Source of the DNA: Vicugna vicugna
Lineage: Eukaryota
DNA: 64,000 nucleotides
Assembly: GCA_013265495.1 (NCBI GenBank)
Contig: MU058451.1
Location: 2,723,305-2,787,304, forward strand
Reading direction: 5' to 3'
Below are positions 1 to 14,562 of this stretch, piece by piece. Both the position numbers and the translations under genes were made by a program. Every line of letters starts with the position of its first letter. The stretch's first letter is position 1. A model generated the notes under the pieces. It saw nothing but the letters and a program-made list of their open reading frames with translations, was not told the origin of the DNA and searched no databases.

Positions 1-2540
1 ACCTCAGTTCCACTGTTTCAATAGTCTGTATGTTGTTGATTTCAATATGCTAACAAATGTGACTTCCTTTTCTGGATGTAGCATTCATAGGTTATTTCTA
101 GAATCTAAGCACCGTGTTTGTTCTAATTTGAACTACAATCCGGATCTAGAATTTCACTGAAAATTGGCTTGTGACCTTGGACTACCATAACTTTTGTCTT
201 GGATCCTCATTAAAAGAAAAAACAAATATCAAAAAGGAACACATTTGCTGATTCAAATAGTGGCTATAAGAAACTAAGGAAACATGCATTTTCAAAGACA
301 GCTGAATGAAATTATGGGAAGACAAAAATTATCTTTGATGGCCTGAAGAAAAATTACTTTCCATTTCAAAATTATACTTGGCAGACTCTTGGAAGTTTTC
401 TAGAGCAGAGATGACACTATACAGACTCCAAAGGAAAATATATTTGATAAGTCTGCATCAAAATTTAATGTGCCTATAGTTAAAATCCTACTGATGTATT
501 AAAAAAAAAAAAAAACCCTAACAGTAGATCTGGGCCAGCTGGTATGCACAGGCAGAATCAGTCACAGGCTTTACTTCATAATGTAAAGAAGGCTCAGATT
601 AAAAGATTTTAGACAATTCTAGTTGAATAAAAAGTCATTAATGAAATATGAATTTTTCTTATCATAAGCTGTCATCGTATACATGTGCCTCTAAATAATG
701 AAGCAACAGATCCTATTGCAAATAAAGGTCTTAGCATATAAATATATTATCTAGATAAATGTAAAACATTTTTACGTTAAAAATGACTGTAAGCATCCAA
801 TACTATAGAGGGTGAAATAGCTGTCTCTGATGCACCTGTGTCCTAAATGAGAGTAATAACATAAACACAAAATTTACAGAACAATTTGGTGAATAAGACT
901 ATAATTTCTATCGCAAAGCAACTTTAAAGTTTTCCCAATTTAAAAAACGTGTGTGCGCGTGTGCGCGTGTAGGAGATCAACTAAAGGAACGTGAAGGAAA
1001 GAAAAGGAATATTCCACAAGGCATTAAAAAAAAGTCTTCTGTTTTCAGCTAAAAATACATGGAGTAAATAAAGAAATTACATCTGTATCTAATTCAGGAT
1101 AAATGACTAAATTAGAGCATAAATGAAAACTGAGTTTTGGATTGACCTGGCATTGCATATACTGGTTTGAAAACAGCACATAAATTTCCCTTTGTATCAT
1201 AAAAGTAATGATGATCAGAGCTAAAACTGAATTTCCCTTATATAGCAGGCAACAGAAAACAATTAGGATTCTAAATTAATCTAGTTAATGTATTTAGTAC
1301 TGGTGTGTAGTATTTAATGCCTAATCAAAAGCAGCAAAAGCTGAAATTTGTAGACTTATTTAAAAGATGCAGCAAGAAAACCGTTTTCTCTCATTTATAA
1401 TTTTTCTCATCTGATCATCTGTAATGTTACAATCTTGGATTTAAGCAACATCACAACCTCATTTTTTTTTTAAAGTAAGCAAACACAACCTTATTTGTTC
1501 ATTAAAAACTGTCAATATCACCCCATAGATGAGCAGTCTCCTAAATTTTCCAGAAGTGAGATTAAGACCCAGTCCCTTGCTAGAGATCACATGGCTCACT
1601 AGCACAAGAGCTTAGACATTTTAACTCGGCTTGGTGCTCTAGTATACCAAAATACTTCTAGGCTAATAAATATTTGCTTAAACCAACAAACCATTAGGTA
1701 CAATATTTAAGAGTTTAGCCTAATAGGAATATAAAATCTTGGCGCAAATATGACTAGCCTGGAATTAAACCCAATTTGTACATTACAAATAAAACATCGT
1801 ATATAAAATCAGCGGCATCTATTGATTTCCAGATCTTTAGTGTTTTAACAAACTTAGATAAAACTAAATGAAAGCTCAACTTTAAATTGCTAAGTCTAAA
1901 TACATCCAAGCTTTGTTAATTTGTATGAAATTTTTTCTATATAGATAGGAATTACTAGGGTTAAACACTCTTCAACCTTTAATGTCAATTTTATATTGTT
2001 TCTCAGAGTATTTGCACTATTTTGAAAGAATAGATAAATTTAGTAAAACACCTCACAGCTAAGATGACAGCTCCATACAAAGCAAGATGTCTCTAAATCT
2101 ATTTCTCTTTGATCGTCAGCTGAATTTACTGCTTAAATTGTATTTCTCATTATAACAAAGGCTCTTCAAAAGGAGACTGTTACCTGTCAATAATTGCATG
2201 AAGGATAAGCAATCTAAAAAGCCTAAAATAATCTAGACAATACAAAAGTGAAGTATTAACTAAATAAAACAAAGGATTTTGTGGTAATATTTTCTGTGCT
2301 TAAATAAAATACTTGAGATTTGCACATAATTAAAAAAAAACTAATCACCAAGTGTCAGAAAACTGGGAAGGTTTTCAATACTATATGGAATCATCTCTTA
2401 AATTTAACCAAATAAAAAATTTCTGCTATTCAATCATATGGCAAGATGTCCTGAAGTTTCATATATCCTCAGAAAAAGAGAAAAAGCAAGGCTAAAAAGA
2501 TCAAACACCAAGTGTTCATCAAACCTTTCAGTCATTAGTC

Positions 2541-2546
2541 TTTATT
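2541..2546 (-). promoter_or_regulatory. Candidate distal ELOC poly(A) signal
   Basis: AATAAA on the minus strand followed by a GU/U-rich tract (ggtgtttgatctttttagccttgctttttctcttttt). Confidence 0.45.
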
Positions 2547-4177
2547 AACATGCAGGTATCATGTGCCACAAGATACACAGGTTTTTCTAATCTTTCAGCT
2601 CTATTTCAGTATTTTTAACTTAAGGTTACTTCTGGATCTAACATATAAAGTAACCTACTAAAATGGGTCAAAGTTAAATTTTATTCTAGCTATCACCTTG
2701 ACCTTTAAGATCAACATTTAGGTTTATAACTGGCATTATTTGTCACCAAGTAGCAGAAGGTAATTCTTGTACTTGATAATCTTCTATACTAAAATATGTA
2801 CCAGTATGTCTTAATAAGTTGCTAAAATATATGCAATTAACATTTATATTTAATTGCTTTCAATAAGCTGGAAAGCACAATATAAGGTCTTCCAAGAGGA
2901 AAAATTACTTTTATAGATCTTGGTTGTTTATGGTTTTTGCAGGTTCCAGAAAAACTGGTCCATGTTAACCAGTCTTGAACTAAGCTGAAGACTTGAATTT
3001 ATAGGCCCTATAATTACGCTTTGTTTTACTACTGATAGGACAACAATAAACCCAACTCTAGTGCTGCTTTTCCCATGCCTAAGCAGACATGCTCTGGCAT
3101 AGCTCTCCAAAACTTTTTTGACTTAGTATAAAAGCTGAATGACTTTTTATAAGCTTGATTTCAGCAGAAGACCCAGATAATGGATATCATATTTATTGGA
3201 ACATACTTTAATTAATAGAAGATAATTAATATACTATATCAAAGTGCACTGTAAGATTTGCACTGCATCTCTCCACGATTTTCATATTTTATAACATTTC
3301 AGTTCGATGGAGGAAGACTGGAATAGTTCAGAAAAGTCTTGCTCTTAGGATCTAGATAAAGTTCAGAGTGATTCTTTTAACATATTTAAATAACCAGAAG
3401 TGTAATCACAACAAGGGGACCATGTGAGAAGAATGAATATTGCAGAGGAAACTTCATAGTCAATGAAGTACAGGACTTTGGATTGGCTAAAATGCACAAT
3501 GCACATGAAACCAAAGTCATGTAGTTTACGTGTTGACCATGTGGCTACAGTTCAAAAAGTCACTGCTCCAAAAGCTATACCTAGTAATTTTCCAAAATTG
3601 CTTTTAAATAAAGTTCTTAAATTGTAGCAATAAACAAAAAGACAAGATACACTTAAACAACACTGCAGTTTATCAAAAGACACATAAGAAATTTCAACTC
3701 TTATGTCTTTGACAGTTATAAAAATCAATATTTTGGCTAAGTTATAAACATGTTTATAATGCAATTATTTGCATAACTCTAGTAATGCTAACGATGGCTA
3801 TAAGATCAGAATAGGTTTTTAAAAAAACATTACAAACATAAAAATACGTAGCCCCATTAATTACCTGTAGAACGTGTTCAAATTATGCCTAAATTTCCGC
3901 ATTTACTATATCACCACTGCTCTAATATTAAAATTCACATCCAAAGGATAAGGCGAAACCACCTACGAATTGGCATATTTGTTTATTTCTCAATTTGTGA
4001 AAATGTCCTTAATTTGTTGATGTAGCAAACAAATTTCAACTCTGATTGCTATGCAAAAGAACAGAAGATAATCTGCTTTGCAATGAACTTTAAAGTTCAA
4101 TTGCACACAGGCAACATGCTATATATGAAAAAATTACTAACTGAACTATAGGTATTAAATACTGAAAAAGTTAACAG

Positions 4178-4197
4178 TTTATTATAATTTATTTTAT

Positions 4198-4198
<1 letters not shown>
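4178..4198 (-). promoter_or_regulatory. Cluster of three proximal AATAAA poly(A) signals of ELOC
   Basis: tttatt on the plus strand at 4178-4183, 4188-4193 and 4193-4198; the last overlaps the stop codon. Confidence 0.6.
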
Positions 4199-4785
<587 letters not shown>

Positions 4786-5029
4786 ATGTGAAAAGGGAAA
4801 AAATCCAACTAGCATCAAACGATGTATCTAGCTCTGATTTCAGAGTAGAAACATAAAGAAATCTCATCGGCTACTTCCCTTTGTTTAATAAGTTCATAAA
4901 CTGTTTTTAGTGATCTCCCAAAATTTCTTTAGCTATGTAAAGGTTACATAATTTAGCCCTTACCATAGGGAGAAGGTATTTTCTTGGCACTGTGTACTGA
5001 ATATAAAAAGCAGGAAAATATACTTTCTG

Positions 5030-6135
5030 AGAATGTAGCATTTTAAAAGTTTTCTAGTAATTGTCCATTGGTCCAATTGTCCAATTGTCCAATTGACAAT
5101 TGAGTAGTTGCTAGCACCTAGAGTGGGGTCTTTCAGTACGACTTTTCACTAAAAACAAAAACAGGGCTCTTTAGAAAAATGGTTGTTGCCAGTATTGAGG
5201 AATAATGTACAATATGAACCTGAGAAATTTTGTTATTCAGAAAATACAGCTATCCAAGACTCAGAGCCATGTCAGAAGGACACAGGAGCCAACCTGATGT
5301 GCTCCCTCTGGCATCAAAATGGAGCAAATCTGAGCATCAGTAAGAATGACTGCACTGGACTGAAAAATCGTATCTAAAAAGTATAAATGCAAAAACACAA
5401 ATAAAACACTCCTTACGACTGGAGGATGCTGGAGAACCAATTCATAACTCTGAAAAATTGTATGTGAAGGGAAAATAATCAAGCATTTATCTTTTTTTTC
5501 CTGTACAGACTGTATTTCAGGGAAACCCGAAAGTTCTTTAAAGGAGAATTCGAACTAATAAATGTAGAAGAAATTACAGAACTAGAAAACTCCTGTTTTG
5601 TAATTCCAACGGAAGTAAATTTCAGCAATTACTACAGTGAATGCTAAAACTATTATGTGAAAGTCTGACTAGGGAATTGCTCATAGACAAATCAGCTTAA
5701 CCCTGAAACCCACCAATCAATCTTGATTGACATTGCTAAAATATGTGATACGATAGAAATATACTAGTACCGCCTATAAAGTATTCTTGTTAGAAAAATG
5801 AACTGGATTCTAATCAAGCCTCTAGGGTTCTAATTATGAGTGTAAAAGATGAAACATGACTTAGTCTAATCTGGATGTGGACAGTACACAAACAACTTTG
5901 TTTCTAGTAAAACTGATGGTCTGAAGAAAAGGGAAGTCACAGAGGACTATCATAGATGTTGCGAGTGAAATGACTTAATGTCAGGAATTTGCTTGAAATA
6001 TTTCTTTAAGAAGGTGAGTGTAATAGACAAAACAAGATAAGCAAAATGTTGATAACAACTGAAGTTGGTCGATGGGTACATGGAGGTGTGTCATGCTATT
6101 CTTGCCACTTCTGTGTATGTTCTAAAATCTCCGTA
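5030..6135 (+). mobile_element. Old L1 (L1MC-like) 3' region fragments
   Basis: Resembles L1MC 3' UTR motifs (cagggctctttagaaaaatgg; gatgggtacatggagg). Boundaries approximate. Confidence 0.5.
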
Positions 6136-6154
6136 TTAAAAAAAAAATAGAAAA

Positions 6155-7065
6155 GGAATTGCAAAGGATCCCAAATAGCCAAAACAATTTTGAAAAGGAG
6201 AAACAAACACAGGGGCCTTACACTTCCCAATTTCAAAACTTACTTCAAAGCTACAGTAATCAAAATAGTGCCATACTGGCTTAAGGACAGATATATAGAT
6301 CAATGGAAGAGAACAGAGATAAACCTGCACGTATATGGTCAACTGATTATCAACAAGGACGCCAAGACTATTCAATGGAGGAAAGTATGGTCTTTTCAAC
6401 AATGGTATTAGGATGTCCACATGCACAAGAATGAAGCTGATTCACACTATATACAAAAATTAACTTAAAATCAAAAGCATCAATGTTAAGAACTTAAGCC
6501 ACAAACTATTAAGAAAACATAGGGGTAAATCTTCATGATATCGAATTTGGCAATGGATTTTCAGATAGGACTCCAAAAATCACAAACAAAGGGAAAACAG
6601 ATAAACTGGATTTCATCAAAGTAAAAAGCTCTGTGCATCAAAAGACACTATCAAGAAAAAAGACAACCTACAGAATGGAGAAAATAATTCCAACTCATGT
6701 CTAGTGTCCAGAATTTACAAAGAACTCATTAACAGCAATAAAAAAGACAAGTCAATTAAAAAATAGGCAACAGAACAGAACAGATACTTCTCAAAAGATG
6801 TACAAATGACCAGCAAGCACTTTAAGATCATTAGTCATTAGGGAATTGCGAATCAAACGTACAAGGAGACATGTAGCACTTCACACCCACTAAGATGGCT
6901 AGAATTAGAAAAATGGAAAATGTGAATGAGTACGTGGAGAAACTGGAATCCTCATACATTGCTGGTAGGAATGTAAAATGGTTCAGCCACTGGGCAAACA
7001 GTTCAGCATCCTCCAGAAGTTAAACATAAAATGACTCTATGCTCCAGAAATTCCAATTCTCAAGA
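6155..7065 (+). mobile_element. Degenerate L1 ORF2 3' fragment
   Basis: Peptide GLTLPNFKTYFKATVIK...YIDQW...YGQLI is L1 ORF2p; frame disrupted. Confidence 0.9.
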
Positions 7066-7379
7066 AAAAAATTTTTGAGGTAAACTGTTAAGAATAGACA
7101 TTTGGGAGGCAGTAACATCTATAGATAAACTTTACATGTAACCAGGAGCACAGATCAACAATCAGAGTCCTTCTGTGGCGAAGAAATCAACCTTGGAAAC
7201 TAATGTAGGGAAATGATCCCTCCGATTACAAAATAGTCAATTTGGTCTAATTGAAACTAGGGTAAATAACTGAAAACAGGAAACAGCAGAAACCACTTTT
7301 TTCAATGTAACATAATCATGCAATAAGTAATGTTAGAAAAGTTGCTGTCTCTCTTTCTTCTAATGTTATGAGTCATTTA

Positions 7380-7679
<300 letters not shown>

Positions 7680-9369
7680 TCAGACCAGAAACATTTCTGG
7701 AGGGTAACAGCCACTAAGATTTTAAAGTTTTTGACTCCTTGTTTTATTATTCTCTAAATATTTTCCAATGTCAGAATAAACTCTACATTCAAGGATATTA
7801 CTTTAGATGAATATTTACCAGTATTTTTCAATCAAGTATTAACAATTAGTAAACATAGCAGCACATTCAATTATGAAGACTAAAAAAAAATTCAAGTAGT
7901 AAGACTTTAATTCTACCATGCGAAATACTCATTTTAAAAACAAGATGCATAGTGTGTTTTTGAAGACAATTGTTATATGCCACGTGAGATGAACTTCTGA
8001 CAAGCCTCAAATTTTAAGCTAGAGCTTCCTTTATTCAGCATTTTACTCTTGATCCATAAAAACAATGATCAAAACATTTTACTGCCCAGTTTAAATTACT
8101 GCATGACTTAAGTAATGAATATAGACAAATACCAGTCTTTAAAAATTCAAAGTAGAGATGAGGAGACAGTTTGTAGATGTTACTCTGCTACCAGCTACTC
8201 CCACTGCCACTACACTGGCTTCAGCCCCAGGAGCTCGCTCAACATAACTTTTGGGGGAGAGTACGTATTTCTGTATATCCATTTAACATCTTTTCTCATG
8301 TATATAACTTTACAATTTTGTATTGACAGGATTTTAATTTTTATGGTTACTGATATTTGAAGAAAATATCTTAAGGCTTATTCTAAAAACTTAGGAAGCC
8401 TTAGAGAGAAGAATAGAGGATGAAGCTGAAGTACTGCTCAGTCACAAGAATCCACTTACAGACTTGCTAATAATTTAGAAGTCTCTAAAACTGAGATTAA
8501 TATCAAAATCACCTATGTACTACTGCTGCCAAAAATATTTAATCTGAATCTAATCAGTAGGAAATACTCAGACAAATCTAAATTTAAGTGTCATGAAAAA
8601 CCTCACTCCTAACCCCACCCAAGAATAGAACAGTTTAAAGGAGACAAAAGAGACAAATTAATGCAGTAAGTAATCCTTGATTGGATCCTAGATTTAAAAT
8701 AATAAACCTCTGTAAAGAACACTATTGAAAAAACTGTGAAATTTTGCATATGGACTAAGGAGACACATGCTAAAGTACTTAGGTATGCAGTGTTACATGT
8801 ACAACTAAATAAATCGTATAGAAAAAGCATATGTGTTCATGAGTGTATATGTAGGTTTATAAACACATACATATATACATACAGAAAAAGCAAATGTGGC
8901 AAAACGTTAATAATTGGTGAAGGGTATAGTGTATTATTCTAGCAATTTTTCATAATAAAAAGCTAGGGGACTCATAAAAATGCAAGTAACTTCTAAATTA
9001 TATACAATTCAAGCATACAGATTTCTAGCAGTTTTTGCCAACCTCTGAGAACACAAAAATAATTATCAATTATTTAAATTTATAATTCTAGTATTTTCTG
9101 CAAGCTAAACCATTTTATATGTCTGTTGGGAAAGTTTCTAATTTCTTAAGGTACAATTATTCACTAGCAATCACAAATTAAACTTGGCACAATAAAGTTA
9201 CTGATCTGCCTTTCAGAAATATGTAGTGAAACATAAGTTGTTGATTTAGACAACTAACATCAGTCTTCTCTATTTTCTTACATGCATTCAGTGACTTCAA
9301 AGGCCTATGTTTGAGAAGAAAAACCAGCTTCACCTAATTGAAGTACAAAATTACTTTTATACAACTTAC

Positions 9370-9373
9370 CCAT
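9370..9373 (-). CDS. ELOC: Elongin-C start codon (ATGG) at the 3' end of a 54-nt exon (9370-9423)
   Basis: Reverse strand reads tttttag|GAAACTGCTAAAG...AAGAACATAATGG|gtaagt. The split codon G+AT gives Asp2, and 4+144+191 = 339 nt. Confidence 0.93.
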
Positions 9374-10119
9374 TATGTTCTTATGAAATTCTACTTTGCG
9401 TCCACAGGAACTTTAGCAGTTTCCTAAAAATATAACAAGATTAATGCCAGGATAACAGGTTTTCACCCATTATTATTTAATGTGTCCTTGGTGTTACAAG
9501 TGCAAGGACTCTCTCTGCTATGCAGAAGTTTCCCAACAACCATAGTATGGAACAGTCTCACGTTTCTGAACATCTGAGAAAAGACAATGACCTCCAGGAC
9601 AGTAAACTCCAACTACAGGTCTGTTCCCCATACCCCTCCCCCTGCCCCCTTTTATGGTAACTATTCTGACAACAGTTTAAAAATACAGACATTATTACTT
9701 AGGTGCTGAACTGAACTTGAAGGAGATTCTTGGTCTTAATCATCTCTGTATACTGTATCAACTAGACACTAAGGCAAATGAATGACAACATGATAAATCC
9801 AAGGACATGAAGTAGCTTTCATGAGAATGAAAAAGATGAAGCCTGCCTTCTTCTTACGTAAGTGTGCACACCTGTAATACATTTTACTGTTCCATTCCTT
9901 CTGCAAAGAAGCTACTGAAATTCTGAGATTTAACAATGAAGTGGTAAAAAAATTATAATTTTTGAGAAATTTTAAATTTTACAAATGAAATGATTGCTAA
10001 AGGTGAAGAGCTCATGTTTTCAATAATTTATACTTTAACAGGATTTCAAAGGAAGATTTTATTTATACCAATATTATTTTTATGTTATCAGGAAAACAGC
10101 ATATCCATTACTAGCAACA

Positions 10120-10350
10120 ATCTAAGGACCTAGTAAGCATAAACATTGCACTAAATGCCTTACATACATTATGTTATTTCAAAACAACACTTCCACAGGG
10201 GAATTACTATTCCCATTTTAGAGATGAGTAAACACTAAGAGGCTGCTACTTGCTCAAGACTTCTACAGCTTAAGTGGCAACATGAGAATTTAAACTTAGG
10301 TAGGTTTGCTTTGGAGCCCACATTCTCTTCCATTATTCTATACTGCCATG
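10120..10350 (-). mobile_element. MIR SINE
   Basis: attcccattttagagatgag is the reverse of the MIR core. Confidence 0.7.
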
Positions 10351-11736
10351 GTAATAAATTCTGGCTCCTGTTAAAACTTCTTTTTCACTACTGCTGAGGG
10401 GAGCTGATATAAATCCCTAGATAGTTATCTAAAATTTAAAAATAGTACTATGTCATTTTATGGTAATAATAGTAGGCGATTAAAAAATTTATCAGTCATT
10501 CTTACTTTCTTCTGTTCATATTGCTTTGTACTCATTCTTCTAAAAAACAAAAAAGGGAAAAATGCTAGAAAAGCTAAAAGAACAAGAATTTCAAATGCCT
10601 ACTTTTCTCTGGAAAATCTCCAGAATGAAACATCTAGGATGTTTATTTAACTAGTAGTAGCTAAGCAACCACAAACAGTCACATCTTAGAAGGCCTTTGG
10701 GTAGCAACAGTTTTTGTACGGATTTCTTAATATAGTAAATCAATTCTATCATTTATACAAGAGTTACAGGTGGCAGGGGGAGGGAACTCCCCATCACTAA
10801 CAAAAAAAGAGTAAATCAACATTAATAGTTAAGTGTAAATCCTGACTCCAAGACAGAAGTTAAAAATATTTGAAATATGATTAAATTTGAACTTAACCCA
10901 CAAATAACCTATACAAATCTAAGTTTGGTGCTACAAAAATCTCAGGGTGAACAGTCGAACATCTACTCCATAACAGAGCTGAGTTCTGGAAATATGAATA
11001 AGGTAGGTAAAAGGAAGTGGTTGAATAGTGGGTTGAGAATAGTTCTAAGCAGAAGACATGAACAGAAGTCTGATGTCATACTTTTAGTGTTATATATAAA
11101 CATTGTTCTTTTAGTTTTTTTTTTTTTTTTGGTAACAAATAGTTAGAAATTCTAGGTAGGTCTAGGGCCTACACTGAAATCAGTTTTTAACCTAGTACCA
11201 TTGAACACCGAAAAGATCTTTGAAGAGCCCACTGCTCTTCTGATTTGAAATGTTACTTTTATCATATACTATATTACTACATGGATTTCTACACTGTATT
11301 CTGCTTTATCAATCTGTTTATACCTGACAAGTATCCCCCCTGTTTTAATTACAATAGTGTGATAAACATGTTTTGCTAATAAATGGCTGGGCCAGGCCCA
11401 TTTTGTTATTACACATTTTGTGTGAGGTCTACTTTTAGGTATTTTACAGTTCCCATTATGAATGGGATCTGTTTTCCTATTATACTTTCTGAAAAGTTAT
11501 TGTTGGTGTTTTAAAGAAAATCTTTTAAATTCGGTAGGTTGGTCTTATATTCCATCATCTTCACAGAACTCTTACTAGTTCTAATAGTTTTTTCAGTTGA
11601 CTTGTCTAGATTATCTAAGTAAATGAGAACAAGTCTATTCTTTGTGTCTTTTTGCCTTTTTACAACTGGCTATTTACTTGGAGAAAAAATAAGGTTAGAT
11701 GTCTAACTGACATCACTTACAAAAATACACTACAGA

Positions 11737-11878
11737 GGGAGGGTGGTACAGCTCAGTGGTAGAGCGTGTGCTTAGCATGCACAAGGTCCTAGGTTCAATC
11801 CCCAGTAACTCCATTAAAATAAATAAACCTAATTACCTCTTCCCCCAAAATAAAAATAAATAAATAAATAAATAAAAC
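11737..11878 (+). mobile_element. tRNA-Ala-derived SINE (Vic-1-like, camelid)
   Basis: tRNA-like head with A box (agctcagtggtagag) and B box (ggttcaatccc), an (AAAT)n tail, and TSD cactacaga at 11728-11736 and 11879-11887. Confidence 0.88.
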
Positions 11879-12299
11879 CACTACAGATTAAAGACCCAAA
11901 TGTATATAAATATACATTAAAAAAAAAAAAAACCCCACTGATCTCTGGAAAAATAGCAGAAGAAAAAACACAAATAGCTCATAGACCTGTATAAAAATGC
12001 TTAATCCCAATGATAAGGAAAACAAAAACTAAAACATTAAAACTTGCTAAGAATCAAGTTTTGGAGGTGAGGGGAAATAAGTGATACTAAATAAAAATAG
12101 TATATACTTACAAAATATTATGGGGTAGTGAAAAGGAAGAAGTTAAATCTATATATGTCATAACATGGAAATGGCACCAAGATAACTTAATTTTTTAAAA
12201 AGCAGATTAGAATGATACATAGTTTGATGCCATTTATGTAAAATAAGTGGCTTCTCACCTATTAATCTTATATTTTCTGCAGAAAAACAAAATGCATAA

Positions 12300-12690
12300 A
12301 AATAACCCCAAACAGCCAAAGCAATCTTGAGAAAGAACAGAGCTGGAAGTACCACACTCCCTGATTTCAAACTATACTATAAGCTACAGTAATCAAAACA
12401 ATATGCAAAAACAATCACACAAATCAACAGAATAGAGAGCCCAGAAATGAGTCCATACTTACATGGTCAGTTAATCTCTGACAAAAGAGACAGATACACA
12501 ATGGGAAAAAGACAACCTCCTCAACAAATGATGTGGGGAAAACTGGACTGATACATGCAAAAGAATCAAACTGGACTTTCTTACACTATACACAAAAATA
12601 AACTCAAAAATGGATTACATACTTAAATATAAGTCCTAAAATCATAAAACTCCTAGAAGAAAACACAGGCAGTACATTCTTAAATGATGG
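12300..12690 (+). mobile_element. L1 ORF2 fragment
   Basis: aacagccaaagcaatcttgagaaagaac...ctatactataagctacagtaatcaaaaca, typical of L1 ORF2. Confidence 0.85.
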
Positions 12691-12729
12691 ACTAAAAAAA
12701 ATAAATATAAAATAAATCCTGACTTTGCT

Positions 12730-14562
12730 TCATCCCACTGCTAAGAATTCACCCGAATTGGCACCATGCATGCCTCACAGCCCTTTAACCAACTCCCTGC
12801 CTGCTCCTCTGATGGAACTACCCACCCAAATCCCACCCCTGGCCAAACCTGATTCTGCACCTAAGCTCAGGCCTCAACCACAGAGCTGAATTGACTGAAG
12901 AAAAAGTCGCAACCATTCTGACTGGTCTCATTTTAAATTTATGACCACACACTTTAGACAGGTACTTGGTGTTGTAGTGATCCTCTTACCTAGTAAACTG
13001 GCTTTCCTATCTGAGAAAATTTACAGCTTCTCCTAAACCTCCAACACCCCTCTCCTCCCTACCCTGACAACTTGACTTCACCAAGAAAACAGAAACAAAT
13101 CACATTCACTGTCTTGTCTTTCCAATTTCATCCTACCTGAATCCATACACTAAACTATACTGTCCGCCTTCCTGTGTATTCAAAAGTTGTATAAAAATCA
13201 TCCTTCCTATCCAAGGCCAACATTCCCACTTAAGCTCAGTGATCCAAGGGCTTTGTCCTGCCACTATTCCCAAAACATCAAAATGCTGTAACATCATCAC
13301 TACCATCCTCTTCTCCATAACCCACACTGATCAGACTTTTGGCCCACTAGTCCATTCAAAGCACTCCTGTCAAATTTCAACTATTTTACTTGGTCGTTTG
13401 GTCAATTTTTAACCCTCATCTTACTCTTAGGGTTTTAAGTTGACTACGCCTTCTTTCCTAATACCCCTAGTATTACAGCTGCCACACCCTCCTGGCTTTT
13501 CTGCTTCCATGACAGTTTGTTCCTCTGACCAGAGTGCTCTCCCCTCTTCTCTGTTAATAATCTTGATATCCTCTGGTCCATAGTTTTAAATAACATCTAT
13601 AAAATATGACTCCAGGATTAGCTCCCTAGCCTGACTTCTCCCCTGAGCAACAGTAGTGAACAGCCTACTTGCCTACTGTAAATACTCTGAGCTGTGTAAC
13701 ATTTATCAAACTCAGCACATCCCACACAGAACTCCTGCTTTGTTCCTCAGAAGGGCACCCTCCCCAGTCTTCCTCATTTCAGTAAACGGTACTACTGTTC
13801 ACCCAGATGCTCGGGCAAAACAGTTGATTCCTCAAAATTTTTTTATCCTAAGGTGAAGGCTAAGACCCATTCATTTGGCTCCGTCTTCAAATTATATTCC
13901 AAGTAAGACCACTTCTCACTAACTTCCAACTCTTCACCTCTAGTTCAAGTTATGATATCTCAACTGAACTACTATAAGCCTCTTTAGGGGCTGGTTTCTC
14001 CATTTTCCTCCAACTCGTTCAGTTTGCCACTCAGCAACTAGTCATCAAAAACATAAACTTGATGTCACTCCCCTGCACAAAATCCTCTAATGGCTTCTCA
14101 TTTACAGACAGAATATGGACTAGAAAGTTCCATCTTATTTAGTCCTTGCTAACCACTCTGATCTCATCTCCTGTCACTCTTCCTTCATTATGCTCCAGCC
14201 ATACTGGCCTTCTAAGTATCGTAATAGGTCAAATTCATTCCTCCCTTAAGGTCAATTTGCAGTTACTGCTATCTTATAAACTTTTCCTTCAGATCTTCAT
14301 GATTTTGGTCTCCAGGCAAAACATCAACTCCTCAGGGAGGCAGGTGCACCTTGATCACTTCCCTCTTAAAATTAGACACTTCCCTCCTAGTTACTCTAAC
14401 TTAATCTAACTCTAATTTTGCTGTATTAGCTTCACATTTATCACCACCTGAAACTATATCTTTGCTTACTTAATGTATAGCTTCCTTCCTCAAGCTCCAC
14501 AAAGGTAGGCCTCGTATAGTGCCTGGAATATAAAAGATGCTCAATACATATGTGAGTGAATG
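12730..14562 (+). mobile_element. L2 LINE fragments ending in an L2 3' end
   Basis: Pyrimidine-rich L2-like body; ends gtgcctggaatataaaagatgctcaatacatatgtgagtgaatg. Confidence 0.7.

Noticed and set aside
11737..11815. tRNA-Ala(AGC) gene
   Set aside because: The acceptor stem is imperfect, and it is followed by a SINE body, an (AAAT)n tail and a TSD. A second diverged copy exists in the window. It is a SINE.
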